Part shown: one piece after another, positions 1-11,384 of the stretch | How the letters are laid out: the number at the start of each line of letters is the position of its first letter | Position numbering within the stretch: the stretch's first letter is position 1 | From: Azolla caroliniana | Lineage: Eukaryota; Plantae; Polypodiophyta | Direction: 5' to 3' | Assembly (NCBI GenBank): GCA_043228905.1 | Contig: JBHGNT010000003.1 | Coordinates: 11,222,001-11,286,000 of the forward strand | DNA length: 64,000 nucleotides | The notes under the pieces: generated by a model | Told to the model about the DNA's origin: nothing | The model's database searches: none | Seen by the model: the letters and a program-made list of their open reading frames with translations, nothing else | Program-made: the position numbers and the translations under genes

Positions 1-1685
1 CACCCGATACCGGTTGGACTTGTATCAACCGTTACTATGATCGGTCGGTCGGTCATAGCTCGGCTTCTTAAGTGCTTCCGCCCTCCGAAGTGTCTTCTTC
101 AATTTCTTCATGGCTTTGGTGTGTTCCGGTTTCCATTCGAATTTCTTACCTTTCCGCAACAAGTGGTAGAGCGGATCCGCTATATGTGCATAGTGCGGAA
201 TCCATATGTGATAGAATGCACATGCACCGAGAAACCTTCGGACTTCAGATGTTGACTCGCATACTTCCTCCATAGCTTGAATCACATCGATCTTTGTTGG
301 TGACGGTCTTCGGCCGTAGGGCCCACATAGATGTCCGACCACCAATATTTCTTCTTGCCCAAATGCCGATTTCTCCCCGGAAAGTGTTAGGTGCACATCT
401 TCTAGCTTTCGCAACACTTTCTCGCAATCATGAATATGGTCGACCACGAACTTTCGGCATCCCCGATTATCCATAGTCTCATCTTTTTCTTCTACCGCAC
501 ATCCTTTCATCGGAATGTCATCGAGGAACGGCATCGTTATCTCCGGAATGCAGTCTCGAAGCACCTTGTTCATCGCGTTCATCATATGAGCAACCGAGTT
601 TGTCGCTCCTTGTGGTAGTGTGCACATTCGGACTAATCCTATCGGTGTTCGCATGGTTGTGATGTCTCGGCTCTCCACGGCTAGTTGGAATTGGTCATAC
701 CCCGATTATAGGTCTCCGATGGAGTATATCGCACGACCGGCAAAAGCTTCCGCAAATTCGTCCACTATCGGACCGACTCCCGAGTTCCGGATCGTGACCT
801 TATTCACCGGTTGCAAGTCTTGGATAAATCGGAGTGACCCATTCTTCTTCGGAACCGTAAACCATCGATTTGAGTACGGAGCAGTTGATGGCTCTAGAAT
901 CCCCATCGCCACCTTCTCCTTGACCAAGTCAATGACTTTCGGAATATGCGCTCGTGGTACTGGAATTGGCTTCAGGTTCCACGGTACATGGTCAATCGTG
1001 AAGATCACCATCGGCTCCACTATTCTCGGATCGACGCACCCTATCTCCCTTGATGTAAATGCAAATGCTTTGCCGTATTGCTCCAACATCTCGCGAAACC
1101 GTTCTTCTTCTTTTGTAATAGGAACCCACCTCCACCGATCCGAAGTTTCTTCCGGGTCTCATCCGTGAAGGCATGTCCGATATCCACGGACTTCCGAAGT
1201 GTCGGATCTCCCGAGACTTCTTTCCTCTTTTGTTCGCTATCGGCGGGTAGTGGTCCCGCGGCCGGTTTCACCTTCTTCTCCACAGTCTTGTACTTCGTAC
1301 TTACCATTGCTTCTTCTTTGCGGAGCGTATCCGGCTCCATTTTCTCAATGATCTCGTACATCTCGACCGATTCCACCGGGACTACCCAGTTCCCTTGGCT
1401 TTTATCTTCCGCAAGCTCTTCAAGTCGTTGTAGCGTGCTCCCATAGAACACTTCTTCGACTATCCCCACGATTTCTTCATCTTCTTTTATTATTGATGCC
1501 GACCGCAACTTATCCTCCACTTGTCGGTATCCTTTCTTCAATCCTCCGGTTACGGTCGTGTACGTAGATGCCCCATCCAGACCGATTCGTACATGTTTTG
1601 CTCCGAGAGTTTTCTTCCTGTGTGGGGTATCAGGGCTTCTCGGACTATCACTTCCCCACTCCGCAACAGTCCGCTTTAAAAATCC
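1..1685 (-). pseudogene. pol: pol (spacer, RT, start of RNase H) of element A, frameshifted
   Basis: ORF pieces (tail of 1041-3833, 706-1089, 25-678) contain WFTVPKKNGSLRFIQDLQ and PFLDD. A 4-bp TCGG duplication near 41-52 breaks the RNase H frame. Confidence 0.9.
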
Positions 1686-3713
1686 ATTCTCACTTGGGAC
1701 AAGAGTTCCCTCTTGTTCCTTTCGTGATTTGCCGGCACCGTTAGGAATTGGACGGATTTCCCACCGTTTTGGCTCCGAATTCGCGCAAGCACCGCTATCG
1801 AGCACCTTCGTCTCCATCCGTGATGCCGTGATAAAGGGTTGGCCGAGGATGACGGAATGTGAAACCTCATCTTGCACGAAGAAATTTTGGTCGATCTCGA
1901 CATCCCCGATCTTCACCGTCACATCCGGACAAGCCGCAAATAGATCTTCCGTTGCTTTGGTGGCCGCCCGAATCTTCCATCCATGGTTGGTGTTAATAGG
2001 CCACTTCCCCTTCCGGTAGAACTCCTTGGACATCAAGTTGATCTCTGATCCGTGATCAATCAATGCTAGCACGGGTTCTTTGATGTTGCCGATTCGGACC
2101 GGAGTCTTCGTAGTCGCGCGTGCCCAATGTGGCCTTGTATAGTGGGAGTTTGGAATTTCGTCCTCCACTTCGGTGTCGTTCATTAAAACGGTGTTCGCAT
2201 TCACCCTTGGAGCATTTTCCTCCGTACTTTGTCTTTTTCGCTTCACGAGATCCACGAGAAGATCGTGGAACTCCTTCTTTGCTATTCCGAGTAGCTCCCG
2301 AAGCGAGAAATCTACCCAGCTATCCAAGATTCTTTCCTCGAACACTCTTTTCAAGTCGGTTTGTTGTTCTATGTCCGAGGCGAGCTTGAATGCCGGAGTC
2401 GCCTTCTCTTTTCCCTTACCTCCGGAGTTCCAGCTTTCCGGTATCTTTGATGGCCCGGCCGCATCCTCCGTGCGTCGTCGTTTCTCGTCCACATACACCT
2501 TATGCAATTGACATAGGGCGTATACGCTATTCTTGTCGACAGGGCACTCCCATCCCGTAGCTTCCCGAACGCCTTCCGCGGTGCTTCGGATCTCGTTAGA
2601 GTCGGTTTTCTCGGTGTTTTCTAGAACTTCCGGCCAAAAAGACGTCTTTGCTCTCGATGACTCCCCGACACATATTCCTGCGGTTGTCGCATAGTTGCTT
2701 CTTGCCGCCAATTCCTCCTCGAGCACCTTCTTCATGCCGCCTTTCCGGAAGTTCGGTCGAAGTGGCTTCCGAGAGTCCATCAAATGAATCCGGTTTCCCT
2801 CGTAGTAGATGAGATCCCGCCGTAGCGCCTCCTTATGCTCGTCGCAATCCCTCCGATCGTGTTCGGCGCTATCGCACCATATGCACCGTCGGTCCGTATA
2901 CTTGGAGCTTGTGGGGCGGTCATCCGACTTCTTCACCATCGCGATCTTCAGATTCTCCATCTCCTTCAATAGTTGCTCCACCGTAGATGCATCAATCCCC
3001 TTCTCAGTTGTAGTCTCTCGAGCCCTCAGTTGATGGTCTTCCAATTTGGTTCTCGGTTTCGGAATCGGTTCCGAAACCCTCTTTTCCTCGTCGGCAAGCC
3101 ATTGCCCCCTCTTCGTGTATCGCGCGACGATATCCCGCACGCTTTCCCATGTTTCGGTGAGGCCGCTCTCCGTGGTCGTGTCCTCCAAGAGCACTCTAAG
3201 ATCTTTCCGGTCCCGGACGTCCACGGTTCGCAAGAACATGATCACCTTGTCCGGTACGAGGATAGCTTGATCTCTCGCGGACAATCTCCTGAACCGGCTT
3301 TCGAATGCCGAAAACACATCAACGACCTTCAATCCCTTGTCCGGCGTCTCCACCCAATCTTCAAATCCCCTTCGCGTCGCCTTGGACGAATCCTCGATGG
3401 CGAACGTCCTCTTTAGCTCTACTTCAAACGCCTCCCATGTCGGATTTTGCTGTCGTAGCCCATGGATGCTTGCTTGAAGCCCGTCGGTCGCCACCCGGTT
3501 GAAGGACGTCACTTGCAGTCCTTCCGATATTCCGTACCGTAGCATCTCCGCCTTGTAGTCCCGAAGATACCGCGGCACGTCTTTCCCGTTGAATTGCCCG
3601 TTTCGTTGCACGAGCCGCTCCACTGATGCCGCTATCTCCGACATCGCACGTTGTTCTTGTAGCATGCGCTCGAACATCATCATCATGTTGCTAGCCTCCG
3701 GTTGATTTTCCAT
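1676..3713 (-). pseudogene. gag: gag-protease of element A
   Basis: ATG at 3713 (MENQPEAS) just after the PBS; zinc knuckle; DHG protease. The natural frame ends ..MDF* at 1676; a small indel near 1790 shifts the frame. Confidence 0.9.
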
Positions 3714-3731
3714 CTCCTTGCCACCCGTTTT

Positions 3732-3747
3732 CACGTCGGGTTCACCA
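3732..3747 (-). promoter_or_regulatory. Primer binding site, tRNA-Trp (TGGTGAACCCGACGTG)
   Basis: 4 nt from the LTR. Complementary to the recalled plant tRNA-Trp 3' end CACGTCGGGTTCACCA. Same site at 14260, 17155, 20050 and 53412. Confidence 0.88.
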
Positions 3748-3751
3748 ATTG

Positions 3752-4448
3752 TGTCGTGCCCTTCGGCTCCGGATCGTTGCGTGAGTCGGGTGGGAACCGC
3801 CGAGGTTTTGGACAAGGAGGAAGAGGAATTCAACTTAGGGCTAGTTATGAATAATAGGAATAGAAGTAAGGTAGTAACCTCGTGAATCCCACGAGTTTAG
3901 TGTAATTAAAACAATATTTAGATTATTAGAGCAATTAGATGGCAAAATTCGTGAATCCCCGAATCTATTAGATTGATCAATTCTTCTATATTAATCAACA
4001 ACCATATACATATTTCTCTCCTCCTTATATAAAGATGGAAGAGGCTAAGCATGGCTTCATGCTTTTTCACCTAAAGTGTCCATGCACACTAAATGTGCAT
4101 GTGATGCTTTGTCATTTCCTAAATATAGGGCTCATGCACGCTAGATGTGCATGAGTCACTTTTAATGTCACGTGTAAATAAAATATTCACACTCTAAAGA
4201 ATGCATGATTTTTACCTTTTAATAAAGGTATGTATAAATAAAGGTCTTATACGTATTAAATCTATATTTATAACACTAAAGATAAGTTATTACAATGGTA
4301 AAGTTGGGGTTTATCTACGTGGAGGTGCATGGTTCGAATCTTGCCCTATGCACGTGATAAATTCTTATTTATTTATTTATTTATATGTATCTAAAATCGG
4401 ATATATTATTTTATGGTTTTCACGTAGTGTGCGGAATACACTACGACA
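3752..4448 (-). repeat. 5' LTR of element A (697 bp)
   Basis: TG..CA ends with a TGTCGT/ACGACA inverted terminus. Both ends are homologous to the D-array LTRs. Confidence 0.92.
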
Positions 4449-6240
4449 GCGTATGTGTATTAATTACCGACACTTGAATAAAGTGACGATCAAGAATTCG
4501 TACCCATTGCCCCGGGCTGACGATCTAATTGACCGTCTCCAGGGAGCTCGGTATTTTACGAAACTTGATCTCCGTACTGGCTACCATCAAATACGAATAA
4601 GTGAGGACGATGTTCCTAAAACGGCATTTCGTACGCGTTATGGCCATTATGAGTTTTTGGTTATGCCTTTTGGTTTGACCAATGCTCCGACTACTTTTCA
4701 ACAAGAAATGAATGACATTATCCGAGAACAACTTGGAAAATTTGTCGTTATTTTCTTGGATTATATTTTAGTTTATAGCTGTACATTAAAAGAACATGCT
4801 AGACATGTTCGCTTCGTTTTACAAACATTGCGTGACAAACAGTTTTATGTGAAGATCTCAAAATGTGAGTTCTTCAAGAAATCAATTACTTATCTAGGAC
4901 ATCTCATAACCGAACGAGGAGTTGAAATTGATCCTTCTCGCATTGAGAAAATCAAGCTTTGGCCCACTCTTCCGAATATTCGAGAAGTTCGATCATTCCT
5001 TGGTTTTTTGGGATTTTTGCGAAAGTCTCTTCGTAATTACTCCCAATTGACGACGTCGTTTACTGATCTTTTAAAAGGTCAAACACGTAAGTCTACAAAA
5101 CCTATTGTGTGGAATGCTACACTAGACCTCGACTTTAAGGAACTCAAGGACCTGGTTTGCAAGGCTCCTTCACTTCTTTTACCTGATCCTTCAAAACCTT
5201 TTGAGGTTGAAACCGATGCAAGCGATTATGCTATAGGTGCTGTCTTGTATCAAGATGGTAAACCAATAGCATTCGAGAGTAAGAAACTTGATTCTGCTCA
5301 ATGTCGGTATACCATTCAAGAAAAGGATTTATTTGCAGTTATACATGCGCTCAAAACATGGCGCCATTATCTTTATGGAAATCTCTTTGTGGTAACTACG
5401 GACCACGAGTCCTTGAAATATTTTTGTGACCAACAAGACCTGAAAGGTTGTAAGGCACGATGCGTTGATCTCATCCAGGACTTTGATTTTTCCATACAAT
5501 ATCGTAAAGGTTCCATGAACACTGTCGCTGATGCACTAAGTCACATCCATGAAGTTAACATGCTTAGCTTCACTGAAATAACATCAGATCTTTATGATCA
5601 CCTTCGAGGAAAGTATCCTGATGACAGTTATTTTGCAAAATACTAGGCAAGAGTTGAGTCTGGAACAGACACCACCACATGCTCGAAGGAATACTTCCAC
5701 ATTGCTAATGGTTTGTTCTACCGTAATGGGAAGGTTTGTGTTCCAGATTTACCCGAGGTCAAAAAGAGGATTCTTTTTGAATGCCATGATGCACCCTCAG
5801 CAGGTCACCCTGGAATACATCGTACACTCGTTCTCATCTCCAGTCAATTTTATTGGCCTAAGATGCGTCCTGACATACATAGCTATGTGACTAAATGTCA
5901 CTAGTGTCAGGTTAACAAAGCCGAGCAACTTAAAGCCGTAGGACTTTTACATCCCTTGGACATTCCCAATAATAAGTGGGAAAGTATATCCATGGATTTT
6001 ATTGTTAGCCTTCCTCGCACCCAAAAAGGTCATGATGCCATCTGGGTTGTCGTTGATCGACTAACTAAAATGGCCAGATTTATTGCTACTAAAACCATGG
6101 TAACAGCTCCTGAATTGGCTTACCAATTCGTTGACGAATTATTTCGTTTTTATGGGTTATTGATAGATATCGTGAGTGATCAAGATCCAAAGTTTACTAG
6201 TGACTTCTAGACGCAAGTCTTTAAGAAGTTAGAAACTACA
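4449..6240 (+). pseudogene. pol: Element B: chromovirus-type gypsy pol fragment (RT, RNase H, integrase N-terminus)
   Basis: [36 protein letters not shown]; [14 protein letters not shown]; HDAPSAGHPG; SMDFIVSLP. Several stops; truncated at both ends. Confidence 0.92.
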
Positions 6241-7125
6241 TCGGAAGGCTGATGTCTACGACACCGATGGTGCGGGCTAGGCTTTCGTCTCGACGATCGT
6301 GTTTATCTCTTCCAAGGTATTAGTCATCCTAATATCTGGCAGTATGGGACGTCGGTGGTAGGTTGGCTATGTCTAGATCATAACTCGGGGGTGGAACGGG
6401 TTCTTCTATCCATTCTATTTTCCTTCTTTTACTTTAGTTTGGTGTATTGATTAGTAATAGACTCTTAACAGTGGTATCAAAGCATTTACTAACATTTTTT
6501 TTTGTTGTTTTGATGTTTTTCGCGTGTGAGCGATGGGGATCTAACAAGGCTCGTCATGCTCTTCACAGGATCAAAATTCTTAACCCGATATTCTTCTTTC
6601 TCGATCTCTCTTTTTCTATGATGCGTTCTTCATGGTCGAATCAAATTTGTATTACGCTTTATTTTCTTTCTTTCTACTCTCTACCATGCTACGATTTTAA
6701 TTATTATTGTGCATCAGGCCAAGCGTGTTTGCAGTAATCGCACACGCTCAACTCATGGCCCTTTTGCATATTGTGATGTATCTCCCACTCTCTCCTCTCT
6801 TGAGCCATCTCTTACGATAATAATTATTTTTGTGCATTGGGTCGAGCGTGTTTGGCCTAATCACATACGCTAACCTCATGTCCCTTTTGCATATGATGTT
6901 GAGTATGCCACTCTTCCCTTTAATTGAGCCATCACTTGGCAGATTCTATGGGATGTTGTGGTCTTCACGAGGTGTATGTCGCCTACCTATGCCACTCTAC
7001 TCTCGATTGAGCCATCACTTGGCTGATTCTATGGGACGTTGTGGCCTTGATGAGGTATATGTTGCTTACCTATGCCACTTTACTCTTTATTGAGCCATCA
7101 CTTGGCCGATTCTAGGGAGATGTGG
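6241..7125 (+). mobile_element. Remnant of an LTR element: LTR 3' part (to 6470), tRNA-iMet PBS (6472-6483) and a repeat-containing leader
   Basis: ..CTTAACA g TGGTATCAAAGC, a 1-mismatch match to the canonical TGGTATCAGAGC. No coding domain seen. Confidence 0.6.
6904..7125. repeat. 83-bp tandem repeat, about 2.7 copies
   Basis: TTGAGCCATCACTTGGC recurs at 6924, 7007 and 7090. Confidence 0.85.
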
Positions 7126-7536
7126 TGTCAGGAGCAGTACTAAGACAGAGAAGTATTGTCAGGAACAATACTAAAATAGAGAAGGAATTAGTACTAAAAG
7201 ATGAGGATTAGTACTAAGGGAGGCGTAGAACTCTCGAGAGAAGGAGAGAGTGAGTGAGTGAGGATAAAAAAAATATATATATTATGTAAAGGGAATATAC
7301 AATAGTAGCTAGGAGGCTTAAGACTAGCATTGAACCGATTTGGTTCGAAATAATGTCTTCAACCTCCTTTTATAGTGTTCTCAGGAGTACTCCTGAAGTT
7401 TCTAGAATGTTCCAGAGAAATCTGGAATATATATTAATTTTCTATACTAAAACCTAAATGAAAATAATATCTAATGGTTAAGAGCTCGACCTATGTATCA
7501 TAAGGTCATTGGTTCGAGTCTTGTCATATCATGACA
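7126..7536 (-). repeat. 3' LTR of element C (411 bp)
   Basis: TGTCAGGA..TCATGACA inverted termini; PPT at 7537-7550. Confidence 0.88.
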
Positions 7537-7589
7537 CTATCCCCCTTTTAAAATGATGAGTGTCATGAGTCATTTTGGATTGAGGACCC

Positions 7590-7760
7590 GGTTTTTCTGG
7601 ATATTAACGACGGAAGCCTTCAAGAAGAGCACGAGCATTGGTCACATTCTCTATTGGTTCCCAAGTACGTTCGTTAGGACTAGATCCTAGCCAATTGAAT
7701 AAATAGTAGAGCTTGTTGCGAACAATTTTGGAATTGAGGATGGCGACAACCTCTTACTCA
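7590..7760 (-). pseudogene. Integrase C-terminal chromodomain of element C (absent from the ORF track because of a stop)
   Basis: Manual translation: GPE*EVVAILNSKIVRNKLYYLFNWLGSSPNERTWEPIENVTNARALLEGFRR*YPEKPGP. Confidence 0.85.
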
Positions 7761-10700
7761 GGTCCATCTTGAAGCTCGATTGGGGGTGGAGGTTGTTTAA
7801 TACAACCTGGGATAATGTTGTCTTGATAGAGTTCGAGGAGAGAACTATGAAACACCGGATGTATCCGAAGTTGTGGAGGTAGATCGAGACGAAAAGCGAC
7901 ATCATTAATTTTTTCGATAGTACGGAAAGGACCTAATCGTCGGTAATCCAACTTCTCGCATGGGCGAGTAGTCTTGATGTGTTGTCGTAGTAGCCACACC
8001 CGATCTCCAATGTCAAAACTGGATGGAAGCCGATGAACATCCACATAAACCTAGTGTGTTTGTTGAGCTTGCTGTAGATGAGTAGATAAATCCGCTTGTA
8101 TCTTACGTAGCCGCTCCAAACGATCCTCTACACAAGGATATGTAGGTAACTCTGGGGTTCGAAATACACACCACCGGGGGTGATAGCTTGTGTAAGCATA
8201 AAATGGTGTCACCTTTGTCGATGAGTGGACAGAATTATTATACACAAATTCAACGAAGTGGAGAATATTTGCCCAGTCATCTTGATGATAGCTTAAAAAG
8301 CGGTGAAGATACTGCTCTAGCGTTTGATTTGTTCGTTTTGCTTGGCCGTCTATTTGCGGGTGGTAACCTAAGGAGAGGTTACAAGTGACCTTAAACATTT
8401 TAAAGAGGTGCTTCCAGAACTTCGAGTCGAACTGGGGTCCATGGTCGTTGATGATACTATTGGGAAGGCCATGATGCGGACATACTTCACGCATGAAAAT
8501 TTCGGCGGTTTCTTCACTAGAGATTTCCTTAGTACATGGCAGGAAATGGGCCATCTTCGTATATCGATCTACTACTATTAAGATCGCATCGAATCCCTTA
8601 CAGACCAGAAGATCTGTGATGAAATCTAGGGCAATGGATTGTCATGGCTTGCTTGGAATTGGTAATGGTTCTAATAAACCATATGGATGATACCTTGGCA
8701 TTTTTGCTCTGCAACATGTATCACAAGTCCGAACAAAATCAACAAATTGTCGCATATGGGGCCACTAGAATGATCGTTGTACCAAATCTAATGTTTTAGT
8801 ACTACCAAAATGCCCAACTGTATATGAGTCATGACAGTTTTGGACTACTCGAAGACGACAAGAACCATCAGGAACATACAATAGTTTCTTAAAGAATAGA
8901 AATCCATACTGACATTCGAATTGTCGATAGTCCGTACCTCGTTGTTGCGACTGTGAACAAGATGCTCGAGAGGGATCAATTTGTGCTAGAATGGCTTGGG
9001 CGAAAACATTTGTCTTCAAGTCCTCACGTATGGTATCGATAACGTGGGAATCCAAGGGCATTCCGAAGACTTGTGTTGCTTGCAGTTGTGCTGGTCCCAA
9101 GATTACTTGCTTTTGGTTATTGAAAGCTGGCTTGCCAGGACACGGTGCTAGATACGAGCGTCGTGATAATGCATCTGCCTCCCCTTGTTGCTTCCCCGGA
9201 CGATATGTAATTTTGAAGTCGAAATGAGTGACAAATTGGGCCCATCGGCCTTGACATCGATTTAACACACGAGCATTCTGAAAGTAGGCAAGGTTTTTGT
9301 GATCACTGAATACGGTGACTTGATGAGAAGATCCCTCTAGAAAAGGCCTCCATTGCGTAAAAGAGTCCCCTATTGCTAATAGCTCCTTATCATGAATTTC
9401 ATAGTTGATTTCATTGCCGTCAAACTTGCGTGAGCTGAAAGCCACAAGATGGAGCTTTTCATCATTGCCTTGTTGTGACAGAATGCTACCCAATGCGAAA
9501 TCCGACGCGTTTGCTTCGATGATGAATGGTTTTTCTAGATCAACATGAGCCAGAATAGGAGCTGATGTAAATGCCTTCTTAAGAGCCTCAAAAGCCATGT
9601 CTGCTTCTTCAGACCAAACAAACGATTGTCCCTTCCTGGTGAGCTGTGTGAGAGGCAGAACAAGCTTTGAGTAATCCTGTATAAACTTGCGGTAGAAATT
9701 AGCAAAGCCTAAAAAGCATTGCACATCTCACAACGATCGTGGAGTTTGCCATTCTACCACCGTTTTGACCTTAACCGGATTGATGGAGATGCCTTCCGAG
9801 GAAATGACATAGCCCAGAAATTCTGCTTGGTTGCACTCGAAACTACATTTTTCCAACTTTGCATAAAGACCATGTTCTCGAAGTTGTTTTAGTACTAAAA
9901 GTACATGAGAATCATGCTCTTCTTGGGTATTCGAATAAACAAGTAGATCATCCAAATAGATGATCAAACAAACATCCAAGAGATCTCGGAATATATCATT
10001 TGCCATGTGCTGGAAGACTACTGGCGCATTAGTGAGGCTGAATGACATGACCGTATACTCAAAGTGCCCATATCTGGTGCGAAACATAGTCTTCCATTCA
10101 TCTCCTGGTCGGATTCTCCTAAGTCGATCTTTGTGAAGAACCTTACACCATTGATCCGTTCTAAACGACTTGAGATAAGGGGAAGTGCGTACCTATTCCT
10201 GATGGTGACCTTATTCAACCCACGGTAATCTACGACGAGACGAAGTGATCCATCCTTTTTCTTGACGAAGTGCGCCGGCTGGAGATTTCGAATGTCAAAT
10301 GAAACCATTTGCCAAATTTTCCTCTGTATTGGCTCGAAGGACTTCTAGCTCGGTTGGTGACAAATTGTAGATCGGTCCCCATAGTGGCTCTTTTCCCAGT
10401 TGTAAATCGATGGGGCAATCATATGGTCGATGGTGAGGAAGCGTATTAGCTTGTACTTTATCGAACACATCAGCATAATGACGATACTTCTCTGGAAGTT
10501 GAATGGTGAATTCCTCTTTATTGATATTGGAGGGGTTTACTGATATTGCGAAGAGAAACTTTTGTTCCTTGCGTCCTTCCTCCCGCACCTGATGTAGCGA
10601 ATGGTTGCAATCTTATGAGTAGATCCTCGGGTTTGTCGACACCGTATTTCTCTTGTTCTCCAATCTATGGCTGGGTTATGTAATTCGAACCATGGTAATC

Positions 10701-11094
10701 CCAAAACAATGGGATGTTCTGGGATACTAATTATATAAAATGATACTACACACGCTAAGTTATCTAGGACAATATTAACGAGTTCTGACTCTTCTATAAT
10801 ATTCCCGGAAGCAGTGGGATGACCATCAATGACTACTATAGAGGCTGGACATGGGAGTTTCTTTAGGGATATCTGATGAGCTTGGGCAAAATTCCTATCC
10901 ATGAAGCAAGAGTTAGCTCCAGAATCTAAGAGTGCTAAGACATGTAATGGAGGAGTACTTTTAGTACTAACCATTACTTGAGCTAAGAACACATTGCTAA
11001 CTTGCTTAGAGGAAATGGAACCACTAATGGGCTGCATAGATCTAGGGTTGTCCAACCAAACGGCTCCTATTTTGGCTGGACTTAATTGTTTAAC
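7761..11094 (-). pseudogene. pol: pol of element C (PR, RT, RH, INT), with multiple stops and frameshifts
   Basis: ORF fragments 10537-11055, 10295-10588, 10018-10308, 9728-10087, 8765-9724, 8051-8554 and 7754-8044 lie in gypsy domain order. Confidence 0.92.
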
Positions 11095-11384
11095 TCTTCT
11101 TCTAGTTGACTAAGGATTTCAAATTTGTTTGAAAGGCTTGGGCTATTAGGACTATCAGACACACCTAGAGAAATAGACTCGGGTTTAGTACTATTAGTAC
11201 TATCGTTTATTTGATTTACCTGCCTTTTCAGCCGATGGGGGCATTTCACTACAATATGCTCCGGTCCACCGCAATAAAGACATAATCGATTTGCCCTGCG
11301 TCGCTGCTTTTCTTCTTCCGATAGTGGTCCGCGACAACGTGTGGTGTCGATTTCCATTGGAGTCGGAGTATTTGTCGGAGACGT
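11082..11384 (-). pseudogene. gag: gag C-terminus of element C with CCHC knuckle
   Basis: CLYCGGPEHIVVKC preceded by the PMEID motif typical of Sushi/Maggy/Tcn1-type gag. Confidence 0.88.

Larger units (their letters stand above)
1..4448 (-). mobile_element. Element A: Ty3/gypsy LTR retrotransposon, tRNA-Trp-PBS family; 5' LTR, gag, protease, RT (3' part outside the window)
   Basis: LTR 3752-4448 (TGTCGT..ACGACA), adjacent PBS, CCHC knuckle CIWCDSAEHDRRDC, protease LIDHGSEINL, RT TLPQGATNS/PFLDD. Inserted into the RT of element B (right flank GCGTA). Confidence 0.95.
7126..11384 (-). mobile_element. Element C: Tcn1-like chromovirus (gag C-terminus, PR, RT, RH, INT, chromodomain, 3' LTR); 5' part cut off by array D
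   Basis: gag MEID..GPLSEEEKQRRRANRLCLYCGGPEHIVVKC; LLDSGANSCF; YLDD; GPF motif; chromodomain; PPT TAAAAGGGGGATAG next to LTR 7126-7536. Confidence 0.93.

Noticed and set aside
1041-3833. 930-aa ORF as a natural single gag-pol frame
   Set aside because: It starts inside the LTR and crosses the PR/pol boundary only because an indel near 1790 shifts it. Sister copies stop at DF*.
4201-4448. N-terminal extension of the 481-aa RT ORF
   Set aside because: It is chance read-in from the A LTR. RT homology starts at 4449.
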